64,000 bases of DNA from Histomonas meleagridis 2922-C6/04-290x (lineage: Eukaryota; Protista; Parabasalia). The notes beneath the pieces were generated by a model. That model ran no database searches. It was given only the letters and a program-made list of their open reading frames with translations, and was not told where the DNA came from. Both the position numbers and the translations under genes were made by a program. Each line of letters begins with the position of its first letter. Positions within the stretch are counted from its first letter, which is position 1. Positions 50,500-60,299 of the stretch are shown here, piece after piece. Where the stretch lies: NCBI GenBank assembly GCA_020184695.1, contig JAANOX010000081.1:124001-188000 (forward strand), in the 5' to 3' direction.

Positions 50500-51261
50500 T
50501 TATTTATTGTTTGAGTTAGAACATAAAAATGAATATGGGCAAACGACCGAAAAGTCATTCAATTTTTCATTAGGATTAACGGCTTCGTTGTTTTGCCATT
50601 TTTTACAGTTGATTTCAAATTGCTTTGTGTCTTGGAAGAAATTTGCATTCCTTCTTTGTGTATCCAGAAGTGCAGATGCTTCTTTTTGACTCTTTTTCAT
50701 TAGGTTGTTAAATTTTGTAAGAAAAGATTCTGTTTTTTCTGGTGTTTTAGTAATTGGTAGAATATTTTCTTTTGCAAGCTGTTGTGTTACAATTTGAAAT
50801 GGCACTTGTTGAGGTAGTTCATCACAATTACACATGTCACGAATCAATCTATCTTGAAATGAGTATAAAAGTCTGTGATGTTCAAGTCTGGCTCCAAACA
50901 AAAATTTTTGTTTTGTATTTTCATAATTGGCATCAAATTCCATTTCATGGTTACTTTGGTATGGAGTTGGAAAGATTGGAAATAGAAATGGTTTTAATGA
51001 TGCAAGTTTTGGTGCTTTATTTGTTGGTGGTTCAACATCTTGTTTTAATTCTGTATCTTGAGAAACAACGCTTAGTAATAATTCTGGTTTATTTTCTACT
51101 AAATTAATGCATCTTTGTGGAGTATTATCATTATCTGAATCATTGACTTTAAAACCTGATGTTATTTCACGGATAAGCTCTGCAACACGTTGAGTTGACT
51201 TCTTATGGACAAAGGTAATCAGAAGCTCTGGTCCTTCTGTTTGACAGGCTTCGTCATCCAT
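50500..51261 (-). CDS. Hypothetical protein (253 aa)
   Basis: ATG-initiated ORF with coding-like composition; no family recognised. Confidence 0.7.
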   Translation of the reverse strand: MDDEACQTEGPELLITFVHKKSTQRVAELIREITSGFKVNDSDNDNTPQRCINLVENKPELLLSVVSQDTELKQDVEPPTNKAPKLASLKPFLFPIFPTPYQSNHEMEFDANYENTKQKFLFGARLEHHRLLYSFQDRLIRDMCNCDELPQQVPFQIVTQQLAKENILPITKTPEKTESFLTKFNNLMKKSQKEASALLDTQRRNANFFQDTKQFEINCKKWQNNEAVNPNEKLNDFSVVCPYSFLCSNSNNK

Positions 51262-51430
51262 TGTACGTACGCGAAATTAACGTTTTTCATTTAGCTAAGC
51301 AGAATTCAAATCATATTTCTGATTGTAAAACAATTATTAAAGTGTTTTACTATAACACACAGATGTTAAATGCATCTTATTATTAAAAGAAAAAGTAAAA
51401 GATTTTACAAATTTGTTAAGTAAGCGAGAT

Positions 51431-51658
51431 TTATAAATCAAACAATTCTTGAGGGAGTGGCTCATCAACTTCTTGAAGTTGATTTTGAAGGAATGATGGC
51501 TCTGGTGGTTGAATTAAATCATCATAATTATCAATTTCAGGGTTCTCTTTCCTTAACAAAATAAAAGGCTCCACTAAATAGGCGTACAGCTTATCACACT
51601 GGTCAATATATCTGTCTGTTCTCTGTTTCATCTGGAGGCATAAATCTTCAATTTGCAT
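51431..51658 (-). CDS. Small hypothetical protein (75 aa)
   Basis: ATG-initiated ORF filling the gap between two minus-strand genes; helical N-half and acidic/Pro-rich C-half. Confidence 0.5.
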   Translation of the reverse strand: MQIEDLCLQMKQRTDRYIDQCDKLYAYLVEPFILLRKENPEIDNYDDLIQPPEPSFLQNQLQEVDEPLPQELFDL

Positions 51659-51744
51659 TTATATTTTAAACGTTCATTTCTCAAAACATTAAACGTTCTC
51701 CACAGAAAAATCCCGAAAAAAGTATTTTATCAACTGGAAGTGTT

Positions 51745-52566
51745 TTATTGACCAGAAGCTGCTCTCCTCTTTGCAAATAAGGCAGCAAGTTCGTTGGCAA
51801 CTGCGGCTTGTTGAGCGCGTCCATCTTGGTTAGACATAAGTTCGATGATTTGTCTCATCTTAGAGATATAGATGGATTCTATGTAATCTCTGAAGTGAGC
51901 AGAGTTGGATTCTACGAGTTCACCAACATTAACAATGTGGTCATCATCATTTTTCCATGGTTTGGTAACTACTTTACGATCAGCAGTACTTCCTCCAATG
52001 GTAAGAGGTTGGGTAAGTCCGATGTCAATAGATATATGCATTAAGACTGATGATGTTAATGTATACGTTGCATTTGAACTTGCTTCATCAACTTCAACAA
52101 CATCGCTGCAATCAATGACGCCTTTAATCCTTTCACCAGTTCGAAGCTTTGTATCGATGTTATTCTTAATGAAAACACCAAAGCCAAATAATTTATCATC
52201 AATTTCCCAAAGATAAACAGAGCAAATACCACCTTGGAAATAAAGATGACGATATGCATTGAAGGCGTTGTTAGCTTTGATTTCGATATTCCTAAGACGT
52301 TTTGGAATTTGTTGACCATCTGGAAGAGGAGGATAGTACTTATTAGAAAGTGGTGAACGATGGCTATCAAGATCTCTGTTGAACTCACATGTTACGAATT
52401 GTCCACCAGCCTCTGGATCATTTTCAATTTTCATTGGCGTATCAACAGTGCTCAAAAGAGTATCTGTGAGATCTGGACAAAGGTGGATAACATCGTAAAG
52501 TCTGGGCTCGATTTCGGATGGTTGAACACGACGGAGGAGATCATAAACAGCGTCTTCAGAAGACAT
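51745..52566 (-). CDS. CAPZB: F-actin capping protein beta subunit
   Basis: DLLRRVQP, LLSTVDTP, CEFNRDLDSHRSP.SNKYYP, YFQGGICSVYLW, HIVNVGELVE. Confidence 0.95.
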   Translation of the reverse strand: MSSEDAVYDLLRRVQPSEIEPRLYDVIHLCPDLTDTLLSTVDTPMKIENDPEAGGQFVTCEFNRDLDSHRSPLSNKYYPPLPDGQQIPKRLRNIEIKANNAFNAYRHLYFQGGICSVYLWEIDDKLFGFGVFIKNNIDTKLRTGERIKGVIDCSDVVEVDEASSNATYTLTSSVLMHISIDIGLTQPLTIGGSTADRKVVTKPWKNDDDHIVNVGELVESNSAHFRDYIESIYISKMRQIIELMSNQDGRAQQAAVANELAALFAKRRAASGQ

Positions 52567-52825
52567 CAGAAATTTCTTGTGACAAGAAAAAGCGTCAAAA
52601 AACCGCTTTTAACTTGGAAAAAGTTGTATATAAAACAATCAATTTTTTACTTTTTGAAATAATATACGGTCTGGTGTAAGAAAGAAAAACAGTTCCAAAT
52701 AAAAATATCTTTAGATCAGATAGCAAAAATATCTTTTTGTTTATAATATATATTTACATAAATGTTTTTTCAAATAATATGTATTAATTATTTTATATAT
52801 TGGATTGTATTCTCGAATAAAAACA

Positions 52826-53320
52826 AATCATATTTTCATCAATGCATCACAATAAATGCTGAACTTGATTCAAATTATTCATTAAAATAAAAAGAAATCG
52901 ATATTAATGCTAAAAATATTATTCATTTTAATATTTTAATTTCTCAAAATAATATTTAGAAATTATTTATATTATTTGAGACAGCATTTATTTTGATATC
53001 TTCATGATTATGCAGAAATAGCTAAGTTACTTCTTGAACAAGAAAGAATTGATATTAATGTTAAAAATAATGTTTATTTTAATGATTTCAAAATAATATT
53101 TAGAAATTATTTATATTTTTTGAGACAGCAGAAATGAAAGCATCTGCAAACGGTTATACAGAAATAGTTACTACTTGAACAAAAGGAATTGAATTTAATG
53201 CTAAAAATGTTTGTTTGCTTTGTTTGGTGTTAGTTTTAACCCCCATAATAATGCTTGGAATTTATTGAGAGCAATTGCTATGCTTGCAAGCAGTTATACA
53301 GAAATAATTCAAAAAAATAT
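52826..53320 (+). repeat. Spacer-interrupted ankyrin array, locus C (decayed, about four units)
   Basis: HIFINAS..KEIDINAKN, then a 63-nt spacer, TAFIL..EIAKLLLEQERIDINVKN, a 56-nt spacer, TAEMKASANGYTEIV; several indels. Confidence 0.8.
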
Positions 53321-54589
53321 AAAATAATTTATAACTATTCTAAGATCTTTAAAATAATTATATCCTATATAATTTGCTTCGTTTATCTCAAGACCAGAAA
53401 ATTGTGCCTGAAGTATGATATGTAAAGTATTGAAATAATAAACCGTAATATTTGAATATGTTTAAATTTTAAATTAATAATAAACGTATGATATGTAAAG
53501 TTATCGACATTATAAACTTATGAAATATATTATTAATATTCTCATAATATTATGTTAAAATGCATAATGTTGACCGTTAATATTGACACTTTTGTATAAA
53601 CTATACCAAAAATATGTAGAAATTTGTAATGTTAAAAAAACACAGTATCGATAAATGGAGGCAATAATGATGATAAAAAAGATAGTACAAATGAAATTAA
53701 TTTTAATTTTGAACAAGAAAAGCATTTAATCAAATATGAAGATGGGACAAAATCTTGTTTGCAAAAAACAAATGTGGAAAGTTGTTTCTGAGATCAGAAT
53801 AATGTATGGAATTAGTAGGCAAGATTCATTTGATATTGTCATTGATAAATATACCGAATTTAATCTTAACATTGAAGAGAATGCTACAGAAAAAAATATT
53901 CCATATATTATATACCTGTTTATCTCATGAAATATATGTGCAATTTGTGTTAAATGTGATATACTATATTTGCAATACGTAGTATAAATAAAACGCTTAA
54001 TATCTATATTGCCTTGTTGTTACATGTGTGATATATGATGATTTTCGAAAATTTCATATTTTCCTCGATTTTTTATTTGTTTTAAATGAATATTTGCAAT
54101 AATAATAATGCTTTTATTCATGTGGACCTAAATAATGAAGATATCTAATAATAAACACGTTTTTAAAAAGGTATTTTTGTTTTTCAATTTCAGTTATTCA
54201 GAATGATAGCTTTGTCGGACTGACTCTTATATAACATATTTTTTCGCAAATCATAAGTTATGTTAAAGATTATTTAAAAAGACATTATCAAGAACTAATA
54301 GCAACATCTCAATTACACCATGGGGAGAAAAAGGTGCAGCTCAATATAAAATTTTATAAAATGCAGTTATTGATGGACTAGATCCTGTTACTCCTCAAAA
54401 TTTCTTAATATCTTCTCTTCGTTGTTCATCTTTTTATGCACAAGTTCTTCAATTCCAACCCACCAATGAGTAAAAAATATTAAATATAGTTATGTGCTTA
54501 TTTATATGATGTTTCATATTTATATATTTTATTTTATCCAATTTTGGTTTCAAAGGAAGCCATTTGGAATTTGTCCCATATGATACAAA

Positions 54590-54912
54590 CAATTATTTTC
54601 CAAAAGTAATTTTATTATTTCTATATAATTATTATGTATTGCAATATGAAGAAGCACTGTTCTAATCATAAAAGAATACAATTAGAATTTTTGTTCCGAA
54701 GTAATTTTACTATTTCTATATTATTATTTCTAACTGCTATATGAAGTGCTGTTTCAAATTATTAAAACATATTCCAAATTATTAAAACATATATTAAATT
54801 ATTGAAATGAATAGTTTTTGCATTAACATCAATTCCTTCTTTATCTAAAAGTAATTTTACGATTTCGATATTATTATTTTCAAATGCTATATGAAGTGCT
54901 GCTTCAAATTAT
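54590..54912 (-). repeat. Spacer-interrupted ankyrin array, locus D (three units)
   Basis: AALHIAFENNNIEIVKLLLDKEGIDVNAKT, a 60-nt spacer with in-frame TAA TAA, TALHIAVRNNNIEIVKLL, then a degenerate third unit. Confidence 0.8.
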
Positions 54913-55095
54913 TAAAACATATTTCAAACATGTTTCATTAAGAACACCAAGACGTGTGAGACGACGAAGGAGGGCAGCACCTTCAAAAATACGTTTTGTG
55001 TCGTTTTCTGGAAGCATGAGAAGGCCACGTGCAGCTTTGCGGATTTTTGCAAGAGTATAATACCTCCAAAGTTCGCGTTTGTTCTTATTCCAAAC
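54913..55095 (-). pseudogene. RPS9: 40S ribosomal protein S9 (uS4) internal fragment
   Basis: Frame 55080-54913 reads [56 protein letters not shown], matching uS4 [20 protein letters not shown]...RLFEGNALLRRL.RIGVL; no start and indels upstream. Confidence 0.9.
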
Positions 55096-55278
55096 ATCAA
55101 TTCAATACATTTTATTTGGTAAATGACCAGAAATTTTATCATGAAAATACTTTAAATGATTTTTTAGCGTGATTTTTTCTCAGCAACTTTTTGAACCCAA
55201 AGTGGTCGTTTTATCGGCATGCCTCAAAAAACGGCTACTCGAATTGAAAACTGTTCGTCATAAATCTGAAGTTAACCA

Positions 55279-55890
55279 ATGCTTAATGCTCCAAATATAA
55301 TAACAATGTCTAGAATTCCACTATTATTTGTTATAGTCTGCTTATTGTATTATAATTACAAATGGTGTTCAACGCTTGCAGTTATTATGTATTCAATTGC
55401 ATCTTTTACAGATTGGCTTGATGGTTACATAGCGAGAAAGTGGAAAATCATCACAAAATTAGGAACGTTTATGGATGCACTCATAGATAAAATTTTTACT
55501 CTCGGCGTTTTTTCAACAATGCTCATGACTGATATTCTTCCAAAACATTGCTTATTTTCAGTTCTTCTCATTATTACACGTGAATTCACAATTACTGGGT
55601 TAAGAACATTAGCAGCATCGCAAAACATTGTTATTCCAGCTCAAGGTGAAGGCAAAATTAAGACAGCACTCCAAATGATCTCCACAGTTTTCTTGCTTGC
55701 ATACAATGCCTTAAAGAACGACTTCCAATGGAGATACACATTCGATGATATTGTTTGGGTATATTGGGTTGGATATGTATTATTCCAAGCAGCTACCATA
55801 ATTACAGTTTTATCAGGTGCAGTATATCTTATCCGTTTCAGGCATGTATTTAATGAGGAAAAAGCAGTATCAAAAAAGAAAAAAGAATAA
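55279..55890 (+). CDS. pgsA: CDP-diacylglycerol--glycerol-3-phosphate 3-phosphatidyltransferase, bacterial PgsA type
   Basis: PNIITMSRI; CDP-alcohol phosphotransferase motif DWLDGYIARK...LGTFMDALIDK; REFTITGLR; GKIKTALQM. Confidence 0.9.
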   Translation: MLNAPNIITMSRIPLLFVIVCLLYYNYKWCSTLAVIMYSIASFTDWLDGYIARKWKIITKLGTFMDALIDKIFTLGVFSTMLMTDILPKHCLFSVLLIITREFTITGLRTLAASQNIVIPAQGEGKIKTALQMISTVFLLAYNALKNDFQWRYTFDDIVWVYWVGYVLFQAATIITVLSGAVYLIRFRHVFNEEKAVSKKKKE

Positions 55891-55997
55891 GGAAACAAGC
55901 AACAGAAACATTAGAAATAAACTTTACAAACTTCCACTTTTTGAATGACGGCGTTTTTGACACATCAAAATTTTGATGTTCTTGGACATTTTTCAGA

Positions 55998-56909
55998 ATG
56001 CAAACAGAACAAAATACGTCTGAACATGCTACAATTGATTTGGGTCAACAACAAGATAGTGGGGAGTGCAGTAACGACATGAGTTTAAATCAAAAAAATA
56101 ATTCCGAAATTAAAATTCATTCAAATGATAATTCTGAACAAGTACAAAATGACTTAGAGACAAATGAAACATGTTTCCAAAACGAACCGAATGTAATAGA
56201 AGTAAATGATATAATTGATCAAAATCAAAATATAGAACAAAACAATACGCAGATGATGCAACCACAGGAATTGGTTCAACAAGAAAACATACCACCAAAT
56301 ATATGTCAAAATGAAGTTCAAGAAAATCAAATGAACTCTGAAGTAACATACCAAATTCAACAACAAGAAAACGAAACTGAAATACAATATGAAGAAAACA
56401 ATAATTATATTTCTGATTCCCAAGATGTAAGTTATGGCCCATCACAAGAAGCAAATGTTGCATCGCCAATTGAGAAACTTCGAAGTGATACACCAATTGA
56501 TGAAACAATTTATACTCCGTATGCAGATTACAAACAAGAAATCAACTTAGAGGAGTTGGGAATTGAGTATGAGTACAGGAATCATTCACCAGAAAAATCA
56601 CCTTCGCCTATTAATAACATCAATGACATGGAAAACATTGAAATGCCGCATAACATCGACGAAACTCTGATCATTCCAAACGATACACTTTTCTCTTCCA
56701 CGTCCGATAAAGAAGAAGAAGACACATCTCTTTTGGTTAACCATCCGAACGAATTTGTGAACGCGCCTCAGAGTACGCAGGCAAATATTCCCAGGGCTTC
56801 ATTTCTGGATATGACTGTACATTGCATACACGAAGGAAACCTTATGCTGAAGTCGATCATTGGCCATCTCCGCGAAATCATAACGATCCTTGAAAACAGT
56901 AAAGTTTAA
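55998..56909 (+). CDS. Hypothetical low-complexity (Q/N/E-rich) protein
   Basis: ATG-initiated 303-aa ORF, predicted disordered, with a short helical C-terminus. Confidence 0.75.
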   Translation: MQTEQNTSEHATIDLGQQQDSGECSNDMSLNQKNNSEIKIHSNDNSEQVQNDLETNETCFQNEPNVIEVNDIIDQNQNIEQNNTQMMQPQELVQQENIPPNICQNEVQENQMNSEVTYQIQQQENETEIQYEENNNYISDSQDVSYGPSQEANVASPIEKLRSDTPIDETIYTPYADYKQEINLEELGIEYEYRNHSPEKSPSPINNINDMENIEMPHNIDETLIIPNDTLFSSTSDKEEEDTSLLVNHPNEFVNAPQSTQANIPRASFLDMTVHCIHEGNLMLKSIIGHLREIITILENSKV

Positions 56910-57408
56910 AACGTATACAATTTTTTTTTGAAAATTTAATTGAAGCCCTTCGACAAAAACTTTGTACTTAAAATTTGCTTCAGATTAATGTTTAAGTTCT
57001 AAAACAAATGGAAAAATTTTTTAATGAGATAATTTGCGATTGCTGAGACAAAATGTGACACCGCGCTAACTTGTAATACAATTGCTGTCATAGATATTGG
57101 ACATTAATCGGTGTCATTATTGTTATAAAGAATTTTACTTGGGCTAACTGTGATACGGAGAAATTTTGTCATAAAATAACCGAACAATTTCAATTCGATA
57201 ACGAAATTATTTTCATTCAAAATTTACGGGTATGTACGTTAAGAGACGTTAAGGCAAACATTCAAATTCAAACGAAGTCCCCTCAAAAACTATGCCTTCA
57301 AAAAATAGCTGATTATATTTCCTCTCAAAAATTCAGCTTTTATGTGGAAACGTGTTGTCAAATGACTGTTATCTCAAAATGATCTGACCACTCAGAAATA
57401 AATCATTA

Positions 57409-58020
57409 ATGAGTTATCTTTCCACGTTGCTGGAAAAATTATTCTCTGAAGAACATATTGCAAGAACACCAAGGATAGCACGATTTCTTGTTAACAGACA
57501 TGAAATACCTCTTGAGTGTATTGCGGACATAATAAATGATAAAAAGAATCCTTACAGAATTCAAGAAATTTATGGTGCTGTTCTGAAGTCACCTGTATTA
57601 CAGAAAATGTTGACAATTATTCGAGGAACAAACGTTCTTGCTCTATCATTTCCATTTGAAATTGTCCCAACAAAGTTAATTTTTACAGATATACCTCAGC
57701 AATCTCAAACTAAAGATTTTGCTGACTTCATACAAATGTTAATCGGAACCTCAAAGTTTAAAATAACAAAGTCTGGACAAAATGTGGAAGTGATTTTTGA
57801 TGAGATTATTGACGCCTTTGCGGTTGTGAGAGCTGTGCAGTATGCTACCTTTCATAAACATTATTTATCGCCAAAATTTGCAACGCATATTCTAAAGCCC
57901 CAAGCTCAAACCCCTCAAAGGTACAGAGGTAAGAATACAGGTCGTACTCAAAAAAACGACCACAATCCAAAAAACAAAAAACCAACAAACCAATACAAAA
58001 ACATACAAATATATAAATAA
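57409..58020 (+). CDS. Hypothetical protein (203 aa), possible RRM-like segment and basic tail
   Basis: Inr TCATT at 57403 directly before the ATG; no family recognised with confidence. Confidence 0.7.
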   Translation: MSYLSTLLEKLFSEEHIARTPRIARFLVNRHEIPLECIADIINDKKNPYRIQEIYGAVLKSPVLQKMLTIIRGTNVLALSFPFEIVPTKLIFTDIPQQSQTKDFADFIQMLIGTSKFKITKSGQNVEVIFDEIIDAFAVVRAVQYATFHKHYLSPKFATHILKPQAQTPQRYRGKNTGRTQKNDHNPKNKKPTNQYKNIQIYK

Positions 58021-58394
58021 TCATTGCTAATATGTTTTTTTTTTTATTTTAGGAATATTATTTTAATACATGTACTGACATTTGTACTTTGGTTTAAACC
58101 TGTTTAACCAGAAAATTTATCATATTCTGGAATGTTTTTTAATATGAACAGACTTAGTTAATATTGACATTAAGACTGATACGAAAAAATGATTATCCAA
58201 AACACACTTCTCAAAAAATGGTATCGGATGATCAATTCAGATGTTTATTATTGTCACTTTTGATAATATCTACTTTTTGAATGATGTGACATTTTTCTCA
58301 AATTTGTAAAGTATTGAAATTTCCAACTTTTAATTTACTTATAAACTGGAATTATCGCTAACAACAAAAAACAAAATTTTCTTTTACCTCAAAA

Positions 58395-59282
58395 TTAATT
58401 TGTTTTTCTACCAAACGTCAGCATTTCATATTCATACCTTGCGTATTCATTTCTGTCAATTCCGGGCAAGTAGTAACTTTCATCTGAGCAAAGATACCTT
58501 ACGATTTCTGTGAACGACGGCCGATCTGCAGGGTCAGCGCTTGTGCATCTTTTGATCAGATCCAAAAATGCAGGTTGTAATTTTGAGCTAAAGCTAAGCG
58601 CAGTGGAGTTCCCACTGTTTGTGAACGGGATTTCGCCAGAAAGAATCTCATGTATGACGATTGCATATGAATAAATATCAACACGCCAATCATAGAAAGC
58701 TTCTGTAAGAACTTCAGGAGCAATGTACCCGCGCTTGCCACGGAATAAGGTTTGGCCATTTGGGTTTTTAGGATCATAAATTTTTGAGAGATGAAATCCC
58801 CCGATGTGAGGATAGAAATTTTCATCAAGAAACACGTTCATTGGATTGATGTTCCGATGCATGATGTGGAGGCTATGTAAATATTCGAGAGCTGAAGCAA
58901 TTCCAAGAACAACGATTTGTTTACGAGTATTATTCCAGCCTTCAATGGTTTGCGTCTTACTTAAATCTAGGATCTTACGGAGAGATCCATTTGGCATAAG
59001 TTCTGTAAATAAAACTGGGAAAGGATGAGAATCAAAATCACTTAATGAAAAACCACGTAATTTGATGATGGCTGGGTGAGAAATTTGAGAAAGAATTTCG
59101 ATTTCACGGATTGTAAGTTTTTGTTCTATTTCTTTATTATATCCTTCTTTACCAACTTTAGCTGCATATTTCTTCCCAGTTTCATATTCAGTGACTTCAT
59201 AAACAACAGATTGGTCTCCTTGATCAACTTCATTACCAAGACGAAATCTATTTGTTCCGAGAACAAAATTACCCAGGCTCAT
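58395..59282 (-). CDS. TKL-like protein kinase family member, probable pseudokinase
   Basis: ATG at 59282; YAAK, REIEIL..ISHPAII, ELMPNGSL, GYIAPE, VDIYSYA, RPSF. HRD reads HRN and DFG reads GFH. Confidence 0.85.
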   Translation of the reverse strand: MSLGNFVLGTNRFRLGNEVDQGDQSVVYEVTEYETGKKYAAKVGKEGYNKEIEQKLTIREIEILSQISHPAIIKLRGFSLSDFDSHPFPVLFTELMPNGSLRKILDLSKTQTIEGWNNTRKQIVVLGIASALEYLHSLHIMHRNINPMNVFLDENFYPHIGGFHLSKIYDPKNPNGQTLFRGKRGYIAPEVLTEAFYDWRVDIYSYAIVIHEILSGEIPFTNSGNSTALSFSSKLQPAFLDLIKRCTSADPADRPSFTEIVRYLCSDESYYLPGIDRNEYARYEYEMLTFGRKTN

Positions 59283-60299
59283 AAAAGAAAAAAAAATTTG
59301 GAAAATATGATTTAAACAATAGAAAACCGTCAAAATAACGTATAGAAAACAGGCCGATAAGAATCCACCCATCTTGTGTGTAGCATCACACAAACAATTT
59401 GCATAAATCTATTTGTAATCTTTAAACACGCTTCAAAATATTTTGCTCAACAAAAAATAATTTTTGTTTCTGAATTTTATGTTTTCTTTTGTAAAATAAA
59501 AAAGGAAAACATTGTTGTCAAATTAATTGGATTCATAGTTAGATGTTGGTAAATCAGACATAATTTTAGATATACATTGCGAACTGAAGATTCTCTACTT
59601 TGTATCAAAATATTTATAATAAAAATAAAATATAAATAAAGTCCATAGAAAATATCATGATGACTTTCTTTCATAGAATTCAATCCATTAATATGTAGAT
59701 ATTTCTAAATGAATAATATTAAATGCTCAATTAGAATCAAATACATCAATCAATTGATACAACATTAATTTGAAGTTAATGATAACATCATATTCATTAA
59801 TGAATTTAAAAAACAGCGTACCAGTATAAAAAATAACATGATTTTAATTAAGCATTCAAAATAAGAGAATCTACTCAGAATTTATATCTGAATGATAAAT
59901 AATCTTGAACCTGTGGTGTGGTAAAAAATAAATTCATCTGTCAATATATATCGTTGCCCACTCAAAAGACGGTTATGGTATTGAAATACAATCAGTTCAG
60001 ATTATTTTCAAAGGGTGCGATAGAGCAGAAGGGTTAATCCTCACTGTGCATTTTCCGATGTTCTCTGTGATTACAAATCTCTATTCTCAAAATTCAGCCT
60101 TGTCTCTATTTTTTGAAAGTTTTAACTCACATATTCAATTTGGTTTATGCTTGATCTGCCCACATGACCTTCTGGCCTGAAATATTCTCACCTCAAATAA
60201 TTGACGGTTGATATTGAAAGAAAATATCCTCAATTTTCAATACGTAAATTGTGGCCATTCAACAATTCAATTGGATTTGAACGGTAATCACTTTTATTG

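Noticed and set aside
54924-55142. 72-aa ORF in the track
   Set aside because: The true homology (RPS9) is in a different frame of the same strand.
57230-57235. GTATGT donor-like site upstream of the gene at 57409
   Set aside because: No ACTAAC branch point/3' motif downstream.
59640-59700. ESHHDIFYGLY on the minus strand, faintly DUF3447-like
   Set aside because: Too short and no ankyrin or spacer units follow.
60093-60104. TTCAGCCTTGTC, identical to 12 nt of the snoRNA guide region
   Set aside because: No D' box after it and no matching C/D layout or splice signals; treated as chance, though a decayed paralog cannot be excluded.
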